A DNA stretch of 64,000 nt from Chrysomallon squamiferum (Eukaryota > Animalia > Mollusca). Of the stretch, positions 1-16,060 are shown in pieces. The notes beneath the pieces are model-generated. The model was not told the origin of the DNA and did not search any database. It saw only the letters and a list, made by a program, of their open reading frames with translations. The DNA is taken from assembly GCA_012295275.1 (NCBI GenBank), contig CM022679.1:16306001-16370000 (forward strand), given 5' to 3'. Each line of letters begins with the position of its first letter. Position 1 is the first letter of the stretch. Both the position numbers and the translations under genes were made by a program.

Positions 1-294
1 AGCGGCGGTAATAGAAACTACTAGCAGCAGCAGTAGGAGTAGTAATAGTAGGCTAGTAAAATGACAAATGCGTGCCAAAGGTGGACAGAGAAGCTGTAGT
101 TCAATAGTTGGATGCTCTTCTGACACAATATTAGTGGTTCTTTGCCTTTCTTTTATTGATTATACCCGATTTAATAATCAAAGGTTGTTATGTGCACATA
201 CACCCTCACACATGCATTTCCGCACTAGCACACAGAGACTAGTACAATATTAAACTTTCTCAAAATGTAACCGACGAAATAACAGAACACAAAC

Positions 295-3200
295 CGTGTT
301 TGGATAAGACAGAGGTCTCAGTCTGTCATAGTCTTCCTGTCCCGCCGTGTCCCATAAACCGAGATTTACTGGAATTCCGTCCACCACCAGGTTCGCGGAA
401 TAGTTGTCGAATCTGAAAATAAAATCAGTTAAATCACTGAAGTGTACAGGTAACCAGCCTATATACATTCTGTAAACATACCAGTGATGATCTTTTCATG
501 CCGCAGCCTATGGTAATAATAAATTTGTGTATAAAACGTTCATTTCTCAAAAAAACTAATAATAATAGTAATAATAATAAATACAAAATTTAAAAAGGAA
601 GCTTACAGTTTTGTAACGATTTACTAATCATATGTTGATACATTAGTAAACGTTCGTAAAGTACCGGCAGAGTAACCAGTGCTGTGACATCCGTGAAATG
701 ACATCACAAAATACCGTTAACGTAATAAGCAGAAACGATAAAACAAAGATACATATGTCACGACCAAATCGCGATAACCGATTAATAATTTAATTATATA
801 TGTGTTGGGATATGTGTGTTCCATAGTTCGTATTTATGATACAAATGTCTGTCCATTATAATGAAATAAATTCAGATTTAAAACATTTTAATTGCATTTT
901 TAATAAAATTTTACAATAATTGCTTTGTTGTTAAAATACATTTGAAAAAGTAAAAAAAAAAAAAAACATGATGATGAGAGAGATAGAATGAAAAAAGAAA
1001 AGAAAAAAATGTTTTTCCCCTAAACAGTAAAATAATAATTAAAAATGTACAATACTCACACTGTTGGTACATATTTATGTGGGAAGGAGTCTGTAGTGTA
1101 ACTTATTAATAAGCAAGTCTTCCCTACGGCACTGAAATAAATAAAAATGATTACTACTACTACTGCTACCTCTACTACAACTGCTGCTACTACTACTATC
1201 ATCATCATTATTATTATTATTATACCTGATGTATTTATTTATTATATTAGTTTTATTTTGTTTTATCTAGATATTTACGCATATAATGTCTCCTCTGAAG
1301 ACACACACAAAAAACAACAAAAAAGAACATGTTGATAAGGAGGTCACTAATTTAGGTTATCTGCAGCGAAAGTATTTAATATCGTTTGGGATAAGTCGGG
1401 ATTCTGTGCCAATTAATATTATTGTTGTTGTCGTTGCTGCTGCTGCTGTTGTTGTCGTTTTTGTTATTTACGAATAGAAGCAAAAGCAAAAAAATGTATA
1501 ACCACCAAATTACTGTGTATTGATATATCAAGTGTTTCTGACATTTGCATTCATTCACTGAAGATTCAGCCAAACTGAACTTTGCCTTGTTTTTTAGTTC
1601 ATACATCTGTGACTGGACACACTGTTTAATGTTCATGTCTTTCCTGAGAACATAATTCAAGGTTGATGCATGTCTTCCATTGGCACTTAACCCAGAACGG
1701 GGTCATGTTGTCAAACAAAGCAGCTCATGCTTATTCATTCAAAGGCACAGTTTTACAAACTATCATAGGCTTGGCTCTTTCCTGTCTGTTTTATGATATT
1801 TGTTTTCCTCTCTGTATACATTGTCATTGCCTGCATGCATCTGAATCTTATTGTTCAGCATGTGGCTAATTGTTCTGGTGTTCCAAGCGGAAATACAGAA
1901 TGGTTAGAAATACAATAGCTATGCATGGTTGTGCGCGGGCTCACAAAATATATCTACACACCTATTGATAAACACACACAAAATTGATGGGTCAGTATTA
2001 TAAAAATAATTATTATAATTAGATCTGTAGACCTCCAACAGTTGTGAGGATAGATGAATATAAAAAAAAAAAAAAAAAATGATACATATGCCAAAGAATG
2101 GATGAAAACAACATCAAAAAATAAAACGTGAAAGAAAGGAAAATTTAAAAAAAATTGAAAAAAAAAAAAAAAAATAATAATAATAATAACAAATAATAAT
2201 AATAAAAAATAATAAATAAATAAATGAATAATAATGATAACAATAAATAAATAAATAAATCACTGTCACGTATTTTCAAACTGTTAGGTGCGTGTTTTGC
2301 TTACATGAAACAAGGAAGTGTTTATCACATGGTTTGTTTACGTCAATCGGCCCACTTCCTTCTTTATTGACACTAGAAATACATTTACCAATCGTATTTT
2401 GTTTTTCTTCACGCGATCTTCCTTACAGCGGCGGAGACCGAGGGATCGTAAGGGTCAGCTCCGTAGGGGTTATAGACAAAATTCCTATAGCTGACGACAG
2501 ATGCTAAGATAACAGACAAAACTAGATGTCCAGCGATATAATTATTAGTAACATTGTAATATACACAAGCAACGTAAAAATGCCTACATTACCCGAGGCA
2601 GTAAATTAATTCCAAAAGTACTGTCACATTAACTGTTTTGTTTTGTTTGCAATAATCGTATTTTAAGTACTGTGCAGAAATATGTTGTAAAACACACAAT
2701 CATACTCTTGTATACAGTATACCCTCACCTATTCGCGGTTCCCCATTCGCGGCCCCGCATATTCGCGGGTTAGGCTCTTAACCCTATCGCATCGTATGCT
2801 GGTATACCAGGCTAGCGTCATAACGTCATAAAAACAAATGCTCGGTAAACCGCACAAACAATATCAAATTTTTTCATTTATTATTGCAATACAGTACGTA
2901 TTTTTTTTATAAATGCATACACTGTATATACAGTGCATATTTTTTGTGACCGTGTATTAATAATGTTTTTAATTGCATATTATTACCTGAACTGTGCGTA
3001 CTGTATTTATCTGTCTGTTTTGCCTTTAAATTTGTTCCACTTTCTGTCAATTCTAAATATGTTGTACGCATAGAAAATGACTTTACGGTGCAGTAATACT
3101 GTATGGGTAACTATGCTATGCGGTGTTACTGTCCTCATGTACTTACGTTTCTTTCTGATTAAAATATTGTTTCAGTACAAAATTAAAATGTGTTTACATT

Positions 3201-3455
3201 ATCATTACTACATTAGTGAAATACATAACTGCATGCAATATTACTACATTATTACTGTATTAATGAGTAAGAGTGTCTTTAGAAAATGTTTGGGAAGCAT
3301 TTAGCACCGTATATAATCTCATAATAGACGTTTTAAAACTGCATCCAATATTCGCGGTTTTTCGCTATTCGCGGGGGGATAAAGAACGTAACCCCCGCGA
3401 ATAGCGAGGGAATACTGTATATCCTTTTGTTATACAATCCTGCTTAGTATTAAGC

Positions 3456-3524
<69 letters not shown>

Positions 3525-5608
3525 AACAAAGGAAATATTATAAGTAACCAGATACGAATATAAAAAGAGTTGGTATTATCTGTTATAACAAGGCCGTGGG
3601 AAGCTGTTAAAGCAATAGTTGAAAATAGTGTCGTTGAAATGGGTCATTTACCATAGCTTTTCTTGGATAAACGTTTTCAAGTTATGCTCGCCCAGTCTGC
3701 TGTTATGAAATTACGTTATTCAAGACTGTTTTGTTGATTACGTATACCACTGTCTCGTTTGTACTTGTTTACGTCACAGAAACTAAAATAATCTCGTCGG
3801 ACAAAGATCTTTTCAGAATGGTACAAAAGAAAAACTTGAGATTGGCCTTAGGCCTACTGTATTATGTGTATACCGAGTGTTCATACATTTTTTTTGTGGT
3901 GTGCTAACAAATTATAATACGTAATATAAGCCAGATGCGCTTTTTAAATTTTATATTAAGCATTAAGAACCGTATTAATTTTTGTTTATTTTATTTTTAT
4001 GTTTGTTGTGTTGTTTGGTTTTTGTGTGTTTGTTTATCATAGGAATTGATCAGTTCTTAAAATTTCAATGTCTTTTCTGTAGCTCAGGTAGGCTAAACAG
4101 TTTTTCTGACGATTGATAAATCTACTGCCATCAAGGGATAAATGTGTGTTCTATTGTTCTGATAGATAACAGTAGCCCATAAAGGAAAAAACTGCTTCCC
4201 CTGTCAAATTTATCATACACACAAGACTGATAAATATCAGAGGTTATTTCGAGATTGGGTTGCTTTTTAAAAAGATTACACATGCCTCAGATATTAAGAT
4301 GAAACAGACGTGAGTTTGATGATTTTGATGATTCTTTCACCAAACGATATATTGAAGATTCCCCATTTATGTGTAAAACCAAGCCATATTAAGTTATATG
4401 TTTAAAAGCGAGTTGCAAATATGTTGGCATTCCTTTACTAACAATAAATGAAAACAAATCAAACAAAAAATCTTTTTGACCTTTTCTTATATTTATATTT
4501 CAGTAACACTGAAATGAATATCGGTTTTATTATTATGAAAGAAAAATGTGATTTCTTTTTTCTTTCTTTTTTTTCTGCATTTGCATATTCATGTAGTGAC
4601 TGCCAGATCGTGATAAAACTGTGACAAAGAGCTGAAGTCACACCTCCCTGACATTACGAAAGGAAATGATGGGTCAGCTGTTATCGTTATTTGTGGATGG
4701 GCATATAATCTCCCGGGCTGACATATTTGAAGTCGTCTTTTAACATGTCCGCCATGCTCGAGACAAACCAGTTTTATTTTAAAATTACAATTAAATAGTT
4801 TAATGATATGAAAGAGACGGATGACTGTGACTATTTAAGCAAACCTTGAAATAACGTAACCGTTATAAGATGTATGTATATGTGTTGTCTGTGTGTTCCT
4901 GAGAGAGAGAGAAAGACCTGTAGACATGTTGAACAAATCACGTGACTATAAATAGCATAGAGTAATATATATATATATATAAAATTTCTTTAACATTCAT
5001 GAAAAGCTTTTCTTTACTTTATCACTCGTATATGTGTATGACCTTACATGAACGATATATAGGTATAAGTTTGTGTTTATATGTATACATATGTCTGTGT
5101 GCGTGAATGGTTCAGCTCCAGCGATGTTTCTTTCATAGAAAAATATGTGTGACATATATAGAAAACAGTTAAACACTATCACTGCATTAACCTAGATAGT
5201 AGCATTTTTTACCAGTGAAACAGTTAAAGTAACTGAACTAAACAGCACTACTGTAGTTAATAATGGCGACACGACCTAACTTGTTTGCTTTATAATCAAA
5301 AACTCTCCTTTATCATGACAACACTTCATGACCCGACGTGTTAAATTTAGAGTGACGCTTCCAAAAAAAATAAAATAAAATAAAAATAATAAATAATAAT
5401 AAAAATAAATAACAAGTTATGAACAGTGAACTAGCTGTGCACCAGTTGGAAGAAAACACGCGCACACACGCACGCACACACGCACACACACACGCACACA
5501 CACACACACATACACTAAAATGTCTCTGCTTCTGAAAAATTAAATAGCATAACCAAATAATGTAGTTACATACCCGTCACCGACTACGACACATTTTATA
5601 TCCTGCAT
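295..5608 (-). CDS. Rac-like (Rac/Mtl-type) Rho GTPase paralog, 3'-partial: exons 1-3 only, remainder off the left edge
   Basis: Exons 5608-5574 (35 nt, [12 protein letters not shown]), 1131-1060 (72 nt, [24 protein letters not shown]) and 412-295 (118 nt, [39 protein letters not shown]). All junctions are GT-AG and in phase. Exon sizes equal those of the neighbouring Rac1. P-loop, YxPTVFDNY and DTAGQEDY motifs are intact. Confidence 0.92.
2715..3417. mobile_element. Non-autonomous Tc1/mariner-superfamily (Tigger/pogo-type) DNA transposon / MITE
   Basis: Left end CAGTATACCCTCACCTATTCGCGG; the right end reverse-complements to CAGTATTCCCTCGCTATTCGCGG. Flanked by TA on both sides (2713-2714, 3418-3419). 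Subterminal ATTCGCGG repeats, AT-rich non-coding interior. Confidence 0.85.
3460..3522. repeat. (GA)n microsatellite
   Basis: Perfect GA dinucleotide run. Confidence 0.95.
5452..5514. repeat. (CA)n/(CACG) microsatellite
   Basis: Imperfect CA/CG dinucleotide run near the exon 1 donor of the Rac paralog. Confidence 0.85.
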
Positions 5609-5780
5609 GGTACAATTCTCACAGCTCCACTGACTAGGAAGCCTGACGTCGCTGTGAAGTTTTGACGGGACGAAAATAACTTTTGTCACAACGCGTTAAA
5701 ACTTTTCTAAGCCGTCATCCAGAGCAACGCGACAACCCAGTGATTCACTAAACGTAGGTACTTACTACGTCTTCACCCAT
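5609..5780 (-). promoter_or_regulatory. Putative 5' UTR/promoter of the Rac-like paralog
   Basis: Local CpG enrichment immediately upstream of the ATG and a CRE-like TGACGTC at about 5644-5650. The transcription start cannot be determined. Confidence 0.35.
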
Positions 5781-6789
5781 AGCTTCCTAACAGAACTCGA
5801 TTAGCACCAGCATATCACTAATAAATTATTAACTTTAACTTTTCATTGATTACTGGAATGTCAGATACGCCCATTGATACATTTCGTAAGATTTTGATAT
5901 TTAAACAGGGGCTAGGTATGATACAGCTATTTAGGGAATGGTTGAGTGACACGTGGGAGGGATAAGATTATGTAACGCAGTAGTTTTCTTTATACCTTTA
6001 TTTATCTATTTATTCATCTCTCTATCTATCCATCTATTCACTGTTTATTTATTTATTTGTTTTTGTCCATTCTGTTTATGTTTGTGAGTTTATTTTTTTG
6101 TCCTTTTTAAATTACCTAAGTATTTTAATTATGTCCAGATACCTGTACTGCGCTATATTAATTTACTACTATTATTCAAATTTTATTTTCTCTTTCTCTC
6201 ACACACGAAAAAAAAATTAAAATATGAAAAAAAAAAAAAAAAAAAAACATTAAAATTAATCAAATGTGGTGTCGGTTATTCTGGTTCTCACACTCACCGC
6301 TTCTCGCTCAATCTCTGTCGCAGGCAAAGACCTACACCGCCCACCGACACACCTACATACAAACATAAGGAAATAATAATTTTCCTTTAATATCTCTATT
6401 ATCTCTTTCCTATCATTATTATTTTAAAAAATAAACAAATAATAATAAAAAAAAAAAAAATAATAATAATAATAATAATAATAAATAACGAATGAATGAT
6501 TAAATTATAATTTTTTAAACACTAAATAATCAGTCTGCAATCTGAGTCTCTCTCTTTCTCTCTCGTTAAAGAACAAAATTAAAATTTAAAACAATGACTA
6601 AACAAACTGTATCCTGAAGTAATAGGACGTCCTAGACAAAAAGGAAGTTGAAGACTCACGTTATTTGTAAAATTAGAGGAAGCTTTTCTCCTGCGAAGTA
6701 ACATTCATTCAACAGCCATCAACAGCGTGATTTTTGTTACTGTTGATATAAATTTGTGCTGCGAGTAGAAAACATGACAGAATGATATA

Positions 6790-6875
6790 TCCATAATCAT
6801 TATTATATTCTCCATAATCATTATTATATTCTCCATAATCATTATTATATTCTCCATAATCATTATTATATTCTC
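6790..6875. repeat. 21-bp minisatellite, 4 copies (TCCATAATCATTATTATATTC)
   Basis: Four perfect direct tandem copies read directly from the sequence. Confidence 0.9.
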
Positions 6876-7426
6876 ACTTAGTAGAAGTGGGGAAAATAAA
6901 GCATGATTCGCCGTGGTGTATTTTTTAGTATCAACAACTGATTTACATTTCTTGATCCTAATTAATTAATTTTGTCCATTTGTTTTTGTTTCAACAATTC
7001 TGTTTTATTTCAAGTTTCTTCTGTAAAGTGGAATAATTTCATGATTTAACAAATATTTCAGAACTGACAACAAACGTGTAAACCGTTATTTTATCTTACT
7101 ATACATTATCACACCTGTTTATTTCTAAAACATGTTTATACAGAATATACATTTGTATATATATTTGTATATATTTGTATATATTTGTTTGTTACTTTGA
7201 ATGTATATACACAATTTTCACTGGAGAATCTTGAAAGTAATTCATGCCAGTTATAGTAGTTACTATTTTCTTTCTCTCGTTCTTATTGTATTTACTTATT
7301 TATAAAATTCATATAAAGTAACAAGTTCACATTTTATTCTCAAATGAAGAGTAACATAATTTATCATTACATCCTAAACAAATTGTCCTGTGTTGAACGG
7401 AATAACCTTCTCTGCCAGCAAATCGA

Positions 7427-7444
7427 GAAATGAAAAGCGAAACT
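7427..7444 (+). promoter_or_regulatory. IRF-E/ISRE-like motif GAAATGAAAAGCGAAACT
   Basis: GAAAAGCGAAACT matches the IRF-E consensus GAAA(G/C)(T/C)GAAA(G/C)(T/C) and has an extra upstream GAAA. It lies 1.8 kb upstream of the Rac paralog ATG. Motif match only. Confidence 0.4.
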
Positions 7445-9991
7445 TTTACTACAAAGCCGATTATTAGTCCAACGATATCCATCGTGGTTTTACTATCAGA
7501 TTAACAAAATGAAGATACTAACTTGTCACCACTCATCTATAATAGGCGTATCCACAGCAGCAGTCTATCATAACGATGGCGACTGAGCAAGGATCTGTCT
7601 AAGATTGATTTTCTTGTGCATTAAGACATTTTAGCGATACACCTTTATTTCAGCGTTATCAAGAGTTTATTTCATAGCGATATATTATTACCTTGTATTC
7701 GTGATCGGCTCTTACACATAGAAAAATGCGAGTTGCGCATGCCGCCGGTTTGAGCTTAATAACACATGTAGTCATAATACACCTTCAACAGCATGATGGA
7801 TGCAAAAGTTTTTTGTTGAAGTAAATATTTTCCACCAACATGTTTGAATAATGGTGTTGATGTGAATGTATATGCATAAATGAACAGGGAAAAATAACCA
7901 TTAAAAGGCACTTCGCGCGGCACCCTCCAAACAGTGGAATATTTTTAATATACCTGCACCTTTTTTCTTTCTGTCTATTTAAAAAAAAAAAAAAAAAAAA
8001 TTATGTTGTATTTGAACATTCTTTCTGATTACAGAATGGTAACAGTCACTCAGTTTATTCCCGTTCCAGCTATACGACTCTTACCAAAATTAGCTCTCTG
8101 CTATGTATCTATGTGAAGGCAAATATAAATTTTATATTAAACATATTTTGTTGTGAATCATTGAAAAGCCCTTGAAAACTGAATTTATCAGCATTAGACA
8201 AGAAAATATTTGATGCCAACAATAGTTAATATTATAATACTTATTCACATATTACTTAAGGAATTCATCTACACTTCATTTTTTTTGTTTTTTTGTTTCT
8301 TAATTTGATGAAATTATGACAACAGATAATTATTAATTCCAGCAGTATAAGTATTACTATATTAGAAAAATTGTTCATGCTATAAAATATTTTTTGTGGC
8401 TGTTTAGGAAAGGCCAGCACCTGATATACACACACACAAACATACACACAGATATCAAACAAAGTAGACAACACAATACATACATATGTAACCAAGTTAT
8501 TTCAGTGATTCCCAAATATAATTCCACAACAAATACACAGAATACAATTTTGTATACATTACTACCAATTATAATGTAGAACAAAGATCCCTTATTACAT
8601 TAAAATAATTTAGTATTTCTGCAGTTGAAAAAAACCCTTGGGAATCATTACTCTATTTTATGATAGTGCTGAAAGATTTGTGAAAATTTAAATGCAAACT
8701 AAAATTATGAATAGATGCAATTTATTGATGAACATTATTCTGATAGAAAGTACATTTTATACAATCAGCTGTATTTTTTCTGCAAAAATATATAATTTGT
8801 GACACGATATCAGTCAAATGTACATTCAGAGCAGAAAAAGAAAAAAAAGAAAATGTATCAAAAGTGACAAAAACCTGTACATACAATACACAGTAATAAA
8901 CTGTACAGTTATTTGCAATGGTCTGTACATAAGAATACTATGCTGTTAACAAATCAGAACATTAAAAAATAACGTAACCCTACCCATGCATGCTAGCTTT
9001 CCCAAGTACAGTGAAAAACAAAAAACAAACAAACAAAAAAATAATAATAAAAAGATAAAATAAAAAGATTTTACAGATATGAAAATGAGTTAACTGAACA
9101 TAAGTTTGGGAACACAAAACAAAATGAAAATACATTTTACTGCACAATTCTGACATTTACAGCATTAAAAATAAGAAATAAAAATTAAAAATAATTTAAA
9201 AATAATGTTATAAGAGTAATAATTTAACTGATTTTATCTGTTTTCTATATTTTTTAATGTCTTCTGCAATACCTACCTCAGTTAGCACCAACAGAAATGA
9301 CAATCACCGATATAATATACTGTGATTACATAAAATATGCAAACATTTATAAACATTTCTTTTTAAGGTCACATAGTAGTACATGTACATGTTTTGCCTA
9401 TCTGGAGAAGGTATTTTCACTATACTTGAGAAAACCATACAAGCCTATTTTTCAAAGTGATCATTACTTTAACAGTGTATTTACTGATCTACTCTTTAAG
9501 CAGTTGGGGGCAAATACAAGTAGCTCATTTTCCTTTTTCCTTGATACAATTAAAATAAACACACCAGAAAACCCCCCCAATAAAGTCTGCCTTATTTACA
9601 GACACCAAATATTGTGTATGTGGCACTATATAAATGCAGACATTATTAAGTGAAAGAGAAATGAATTATTAATTGGAATAGAACACAATCTTTAAACTGT
9701 GTTGACAATTAACTTTAAATAATTAATCAAAGAATTATGAGGATAAAGAAATAACTACAATCAAGTAGAAATTAAATTAAAACCATAACTTTTACCATAG
9801 ATCACTCTGAAAACTAGCACAATGTTTAAGCAGTAGGATTAAGTGTTGTTGAAGGTAAAAATGTACCCAACCACATCAAAGACAACAAAAGGATACACTA
9901 ACTAATTATACTTTGTACATGATTAACAAATGTTACTGAAAACAAATCCATGCATCATACCATTAAAATTAAAAGATACATCCCACCCGGT

Positions 9992-10013
9992 TATATATAT
10001 TTATATATTTATG

Positions 10014-10076
<63 letters not shown>
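9992..10076. repeat. (TA)n microsatellite
   Basis: Long TA run, perfect over about 10016-10070. Confidence 0.9.
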
Positions 10077-12796
10077 AGCAACAAATACAAACAATGAATT
10101 ATTTGTAACATACAACCTAGCAATCAATATTCAAAACTATTATGTGCTGTTCAGTTTGTTTCATTCTGATTGTGAGTAAAAATAGTGCCAAGGGAAATAA
10201 CTAGTAACTATCCCCTTTAATCTGTGAAGAGATTTTAAAAAGAAAAAAGTGTTTTTTTTATGAATAATTGTAAAGTATGAAATATTAAATTGTTTTATGC
10301 ATAAATAATAATAATAAGTAAAATAAATACATTAACAATAATAAAGATTAAATGATATAATTAAAGTTATTGTTTTAAAAATGGCCAAAAAATTCTCTAT
10401 ATATTTACTGTCTTCTTGACACCTCCCAAAAATAAAATAAAATAAAAAATAAATAAATAATAAGAAAAAGGAAAAAGAAGAGAATAAAAAAATTAATGAA
10501 AAAAAGCAACAAATTTAACTAAATTAAAATCCAAGTATATATTTTTATTTTTACTCCACCCTGTCAGTTAACAATACAAACCCTGACTTAAAAATTAAAA
10601 AAAAAAAAAAAATTGTCCAATGAACATATATAAAATAACAACAATTAAACAATCTTACTATGTCAGAACAAATTCAACTCTAAACAACAAATAATTACAT
10701 TAAAAAATTAATAAAATGTTCTCTAAACATTTAACTGAAAATGCTAAATTAGTTTTTGAAAAAAAGGTAAAAAAGAAATCATTTCTGTCATTAACTCTTT
10801 ACAGGCAAATTACTTCAGCTATTGATATATATATATGTAAAAGAAAGTAAATTAGAAAACAGGAGAAATCAGTATTACAAAGATTATTTAAAACTATTTA
10901 CAAATTTGATTAACTTCAACAGTAATAATATATTTTTTAATAATGTTAGTATATAAAATCTTTAACAAAATTATTTCTGATGGTATGATTCATGCATTTA
11001 CAAATCTGAACAAAATATAAAATCTACACCTGATATAAATTATATGTACTGTCAGTTTCTTAGCATGCTATTTCTGTAGTAAAAATCACTGTACGAAAAA
11101 AATGAATAAAAAACAAACAAGTAATTAAACTTTGGGCTAAAGTACCACTCTGAAATTTATGAAAGCAAAATTTTATATCAATGAACTTTGCTGTTTGCAC
11201 ATAAGATAAAGAACATGTAAAAAAAAAAGAGAAAAAGAATCTGTTCATGATCAAATTTCATTTCAGATATAACAAAGATTGTAATAATTCAATGTTTTTG
11301 TTCTAATATTAAAAACATTTTTAGTATTTCTCATACTAAACATGTTTGAAAAATGAAAATGTAATTTATGTTAATGCTGAAATTCTTACAGCTTTATTCA
11401 GATAAACAAAAAAAAAACAACAAAAAATTCATAATTTTCAACAAACACAACAAACAGTTACCAGGCACTTAAAGTGAATGACCACCAAAAGGCATCAGGT
11501 TATTCCTTCCAAAAATTTGATGTTTTTTTTTTTTAATTTTTATTCTAATCTTTTAACATGATAACATTACCTTCAGCATGTTGAAAATAAATGGACCAAA
11601 TACTGAAGTAGCAGTAGCCAGCCTGTTTATGAAATAATATGATATAACAACAAGGCTGACTGACAGATACACCAGTGTTCAGACCTGAACAAAAATAAAT
11701 ACAGAAGCAATAATATTAATAATACTAAATATATATATATATAAAAAATTTAGATAACAAAATATTCCACAAATCAGTAATGAATTCTGTTATATTAATC
11801 TGTATCAGCTAAGAAAGGGATGCTGAATTAATATATCAAACTACTTTATTATCCTTTTATTTATTTTGTGTGTTCGTTAGAATACCTTTCTGCTCATAGT
11901 AATACATAAATTTGAATCGATGCATTTAAAATGAAAGCTTCATGACTTCTCTGTTCATTTCAAAAGATAAACTTTCCTTTAAATAATAAAATTCATTATA
12001 AAATGCAAATCATCAGAAGTTGAAAAGATCCTTTTATTTGTTTTGTTATCAATTTCACATTGATTGCATAACTAAGTTAATTAATTAAAGGTAAGTTACT
12101 ATTTGTGATCCACTATCAGTTCTGCTTCAGTCAATCATGATACATTTAAATATTCAGGAATAATTTCATAGAAAATGTATCACTATTATGTTCACACCTG
12201 AAATGAGTAACTAAAATAAAATAAATATATGAACAAAAAAGAATACAAGTCAGAAATAAAAGGTTTTTCATATGAATATGATAATTTTCAAAGATGTCAT
12301 TACCATCCCACCCGAAAGAATTAAAAAAAATTAGTCGTTACTAATGTCAATAAAATCTTTTACATTTCAATCATCAAATAAAGTAAATTAAATCAGGATA
12401 CTATTAGCAGAACAAGAATATGTACTAGAGGTTTGAATATTTGAGTAAATAAAATGATTACATTTTTACAAGATCTCAAATTCTGTTACTCCAATAGATA
12501 TTAAGAAAAAATATTCAGTTACCTACAACAAAGCAGTGTTATTGGAAGTGAAAGATATTGTTCATTCTTTTCATATACTACTGCTAAAATATGCAGTAAA
12601 TATATAAAGCAAAATTATTACATAAAAAAAATAATTTAAAAAAGCGCAATTTTTCTTCAATTTATCAAAATAACATACTGACAGTATTTCTTTGTTGCCT
12701 AGGAACAAAATCAAAAACAACATGGACAGTACTGTCCAACATCTTACAAAAATGAAATCATTGGATAGATTATTATTTGTTAGCTTTATCGTATCT

Positions 12797-15843
<3,047 letters not shown>

Positions 15844-15899
15844 CTTATTGTGCTTCGGTTAATAATCTAACCAGATTGCTAGGTATGTAGCACTCTAAC

Positions 15900-16060
15900 A
15901 AAATGAAACGAAGTCAGAAGTTAAGGAAGAAAATGGCTGTCCAACACTTATATACAAATGGAGGCCAGCGTAAAAATAGAACTTCCGAAAATAGTGATTA
16001 TTGTTCGTAAAACTCCGGAACTTTTCGGGTATATATAAATAGCCCACAACACTACTGTAT
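15900..16060 (-). promoter_or_regulatory. Putative Rac1 core promoter
   Basis: YY1-like CAGCCATTTT (minus strand, about 15930-15939), ETS-like ACTTCCG and CCGGAA (about 15981-16020), TATA-like ATTTATATATA (minus strand, about 16030-16040). CpGs are enriched over background. Confidence 0.4.

Noticed and set aside
1147-1660. Short ORFs rich in T/I/V/A/N
   Set aside because: They are translations of trinucleotide microsatellites in a Rac paralog intron.
6790-6875. Direct repeat array resembling CRISPR
   Set aside because: The repeats are contiguous with no spacers, the context is eukaryotic, and no cas genes are present.
9297-9653. 118-aa plus-strand ORF
   Set aside because: AT-biased composition, no motifs, and it lies antisense to the probable Rac1 3' UTR.
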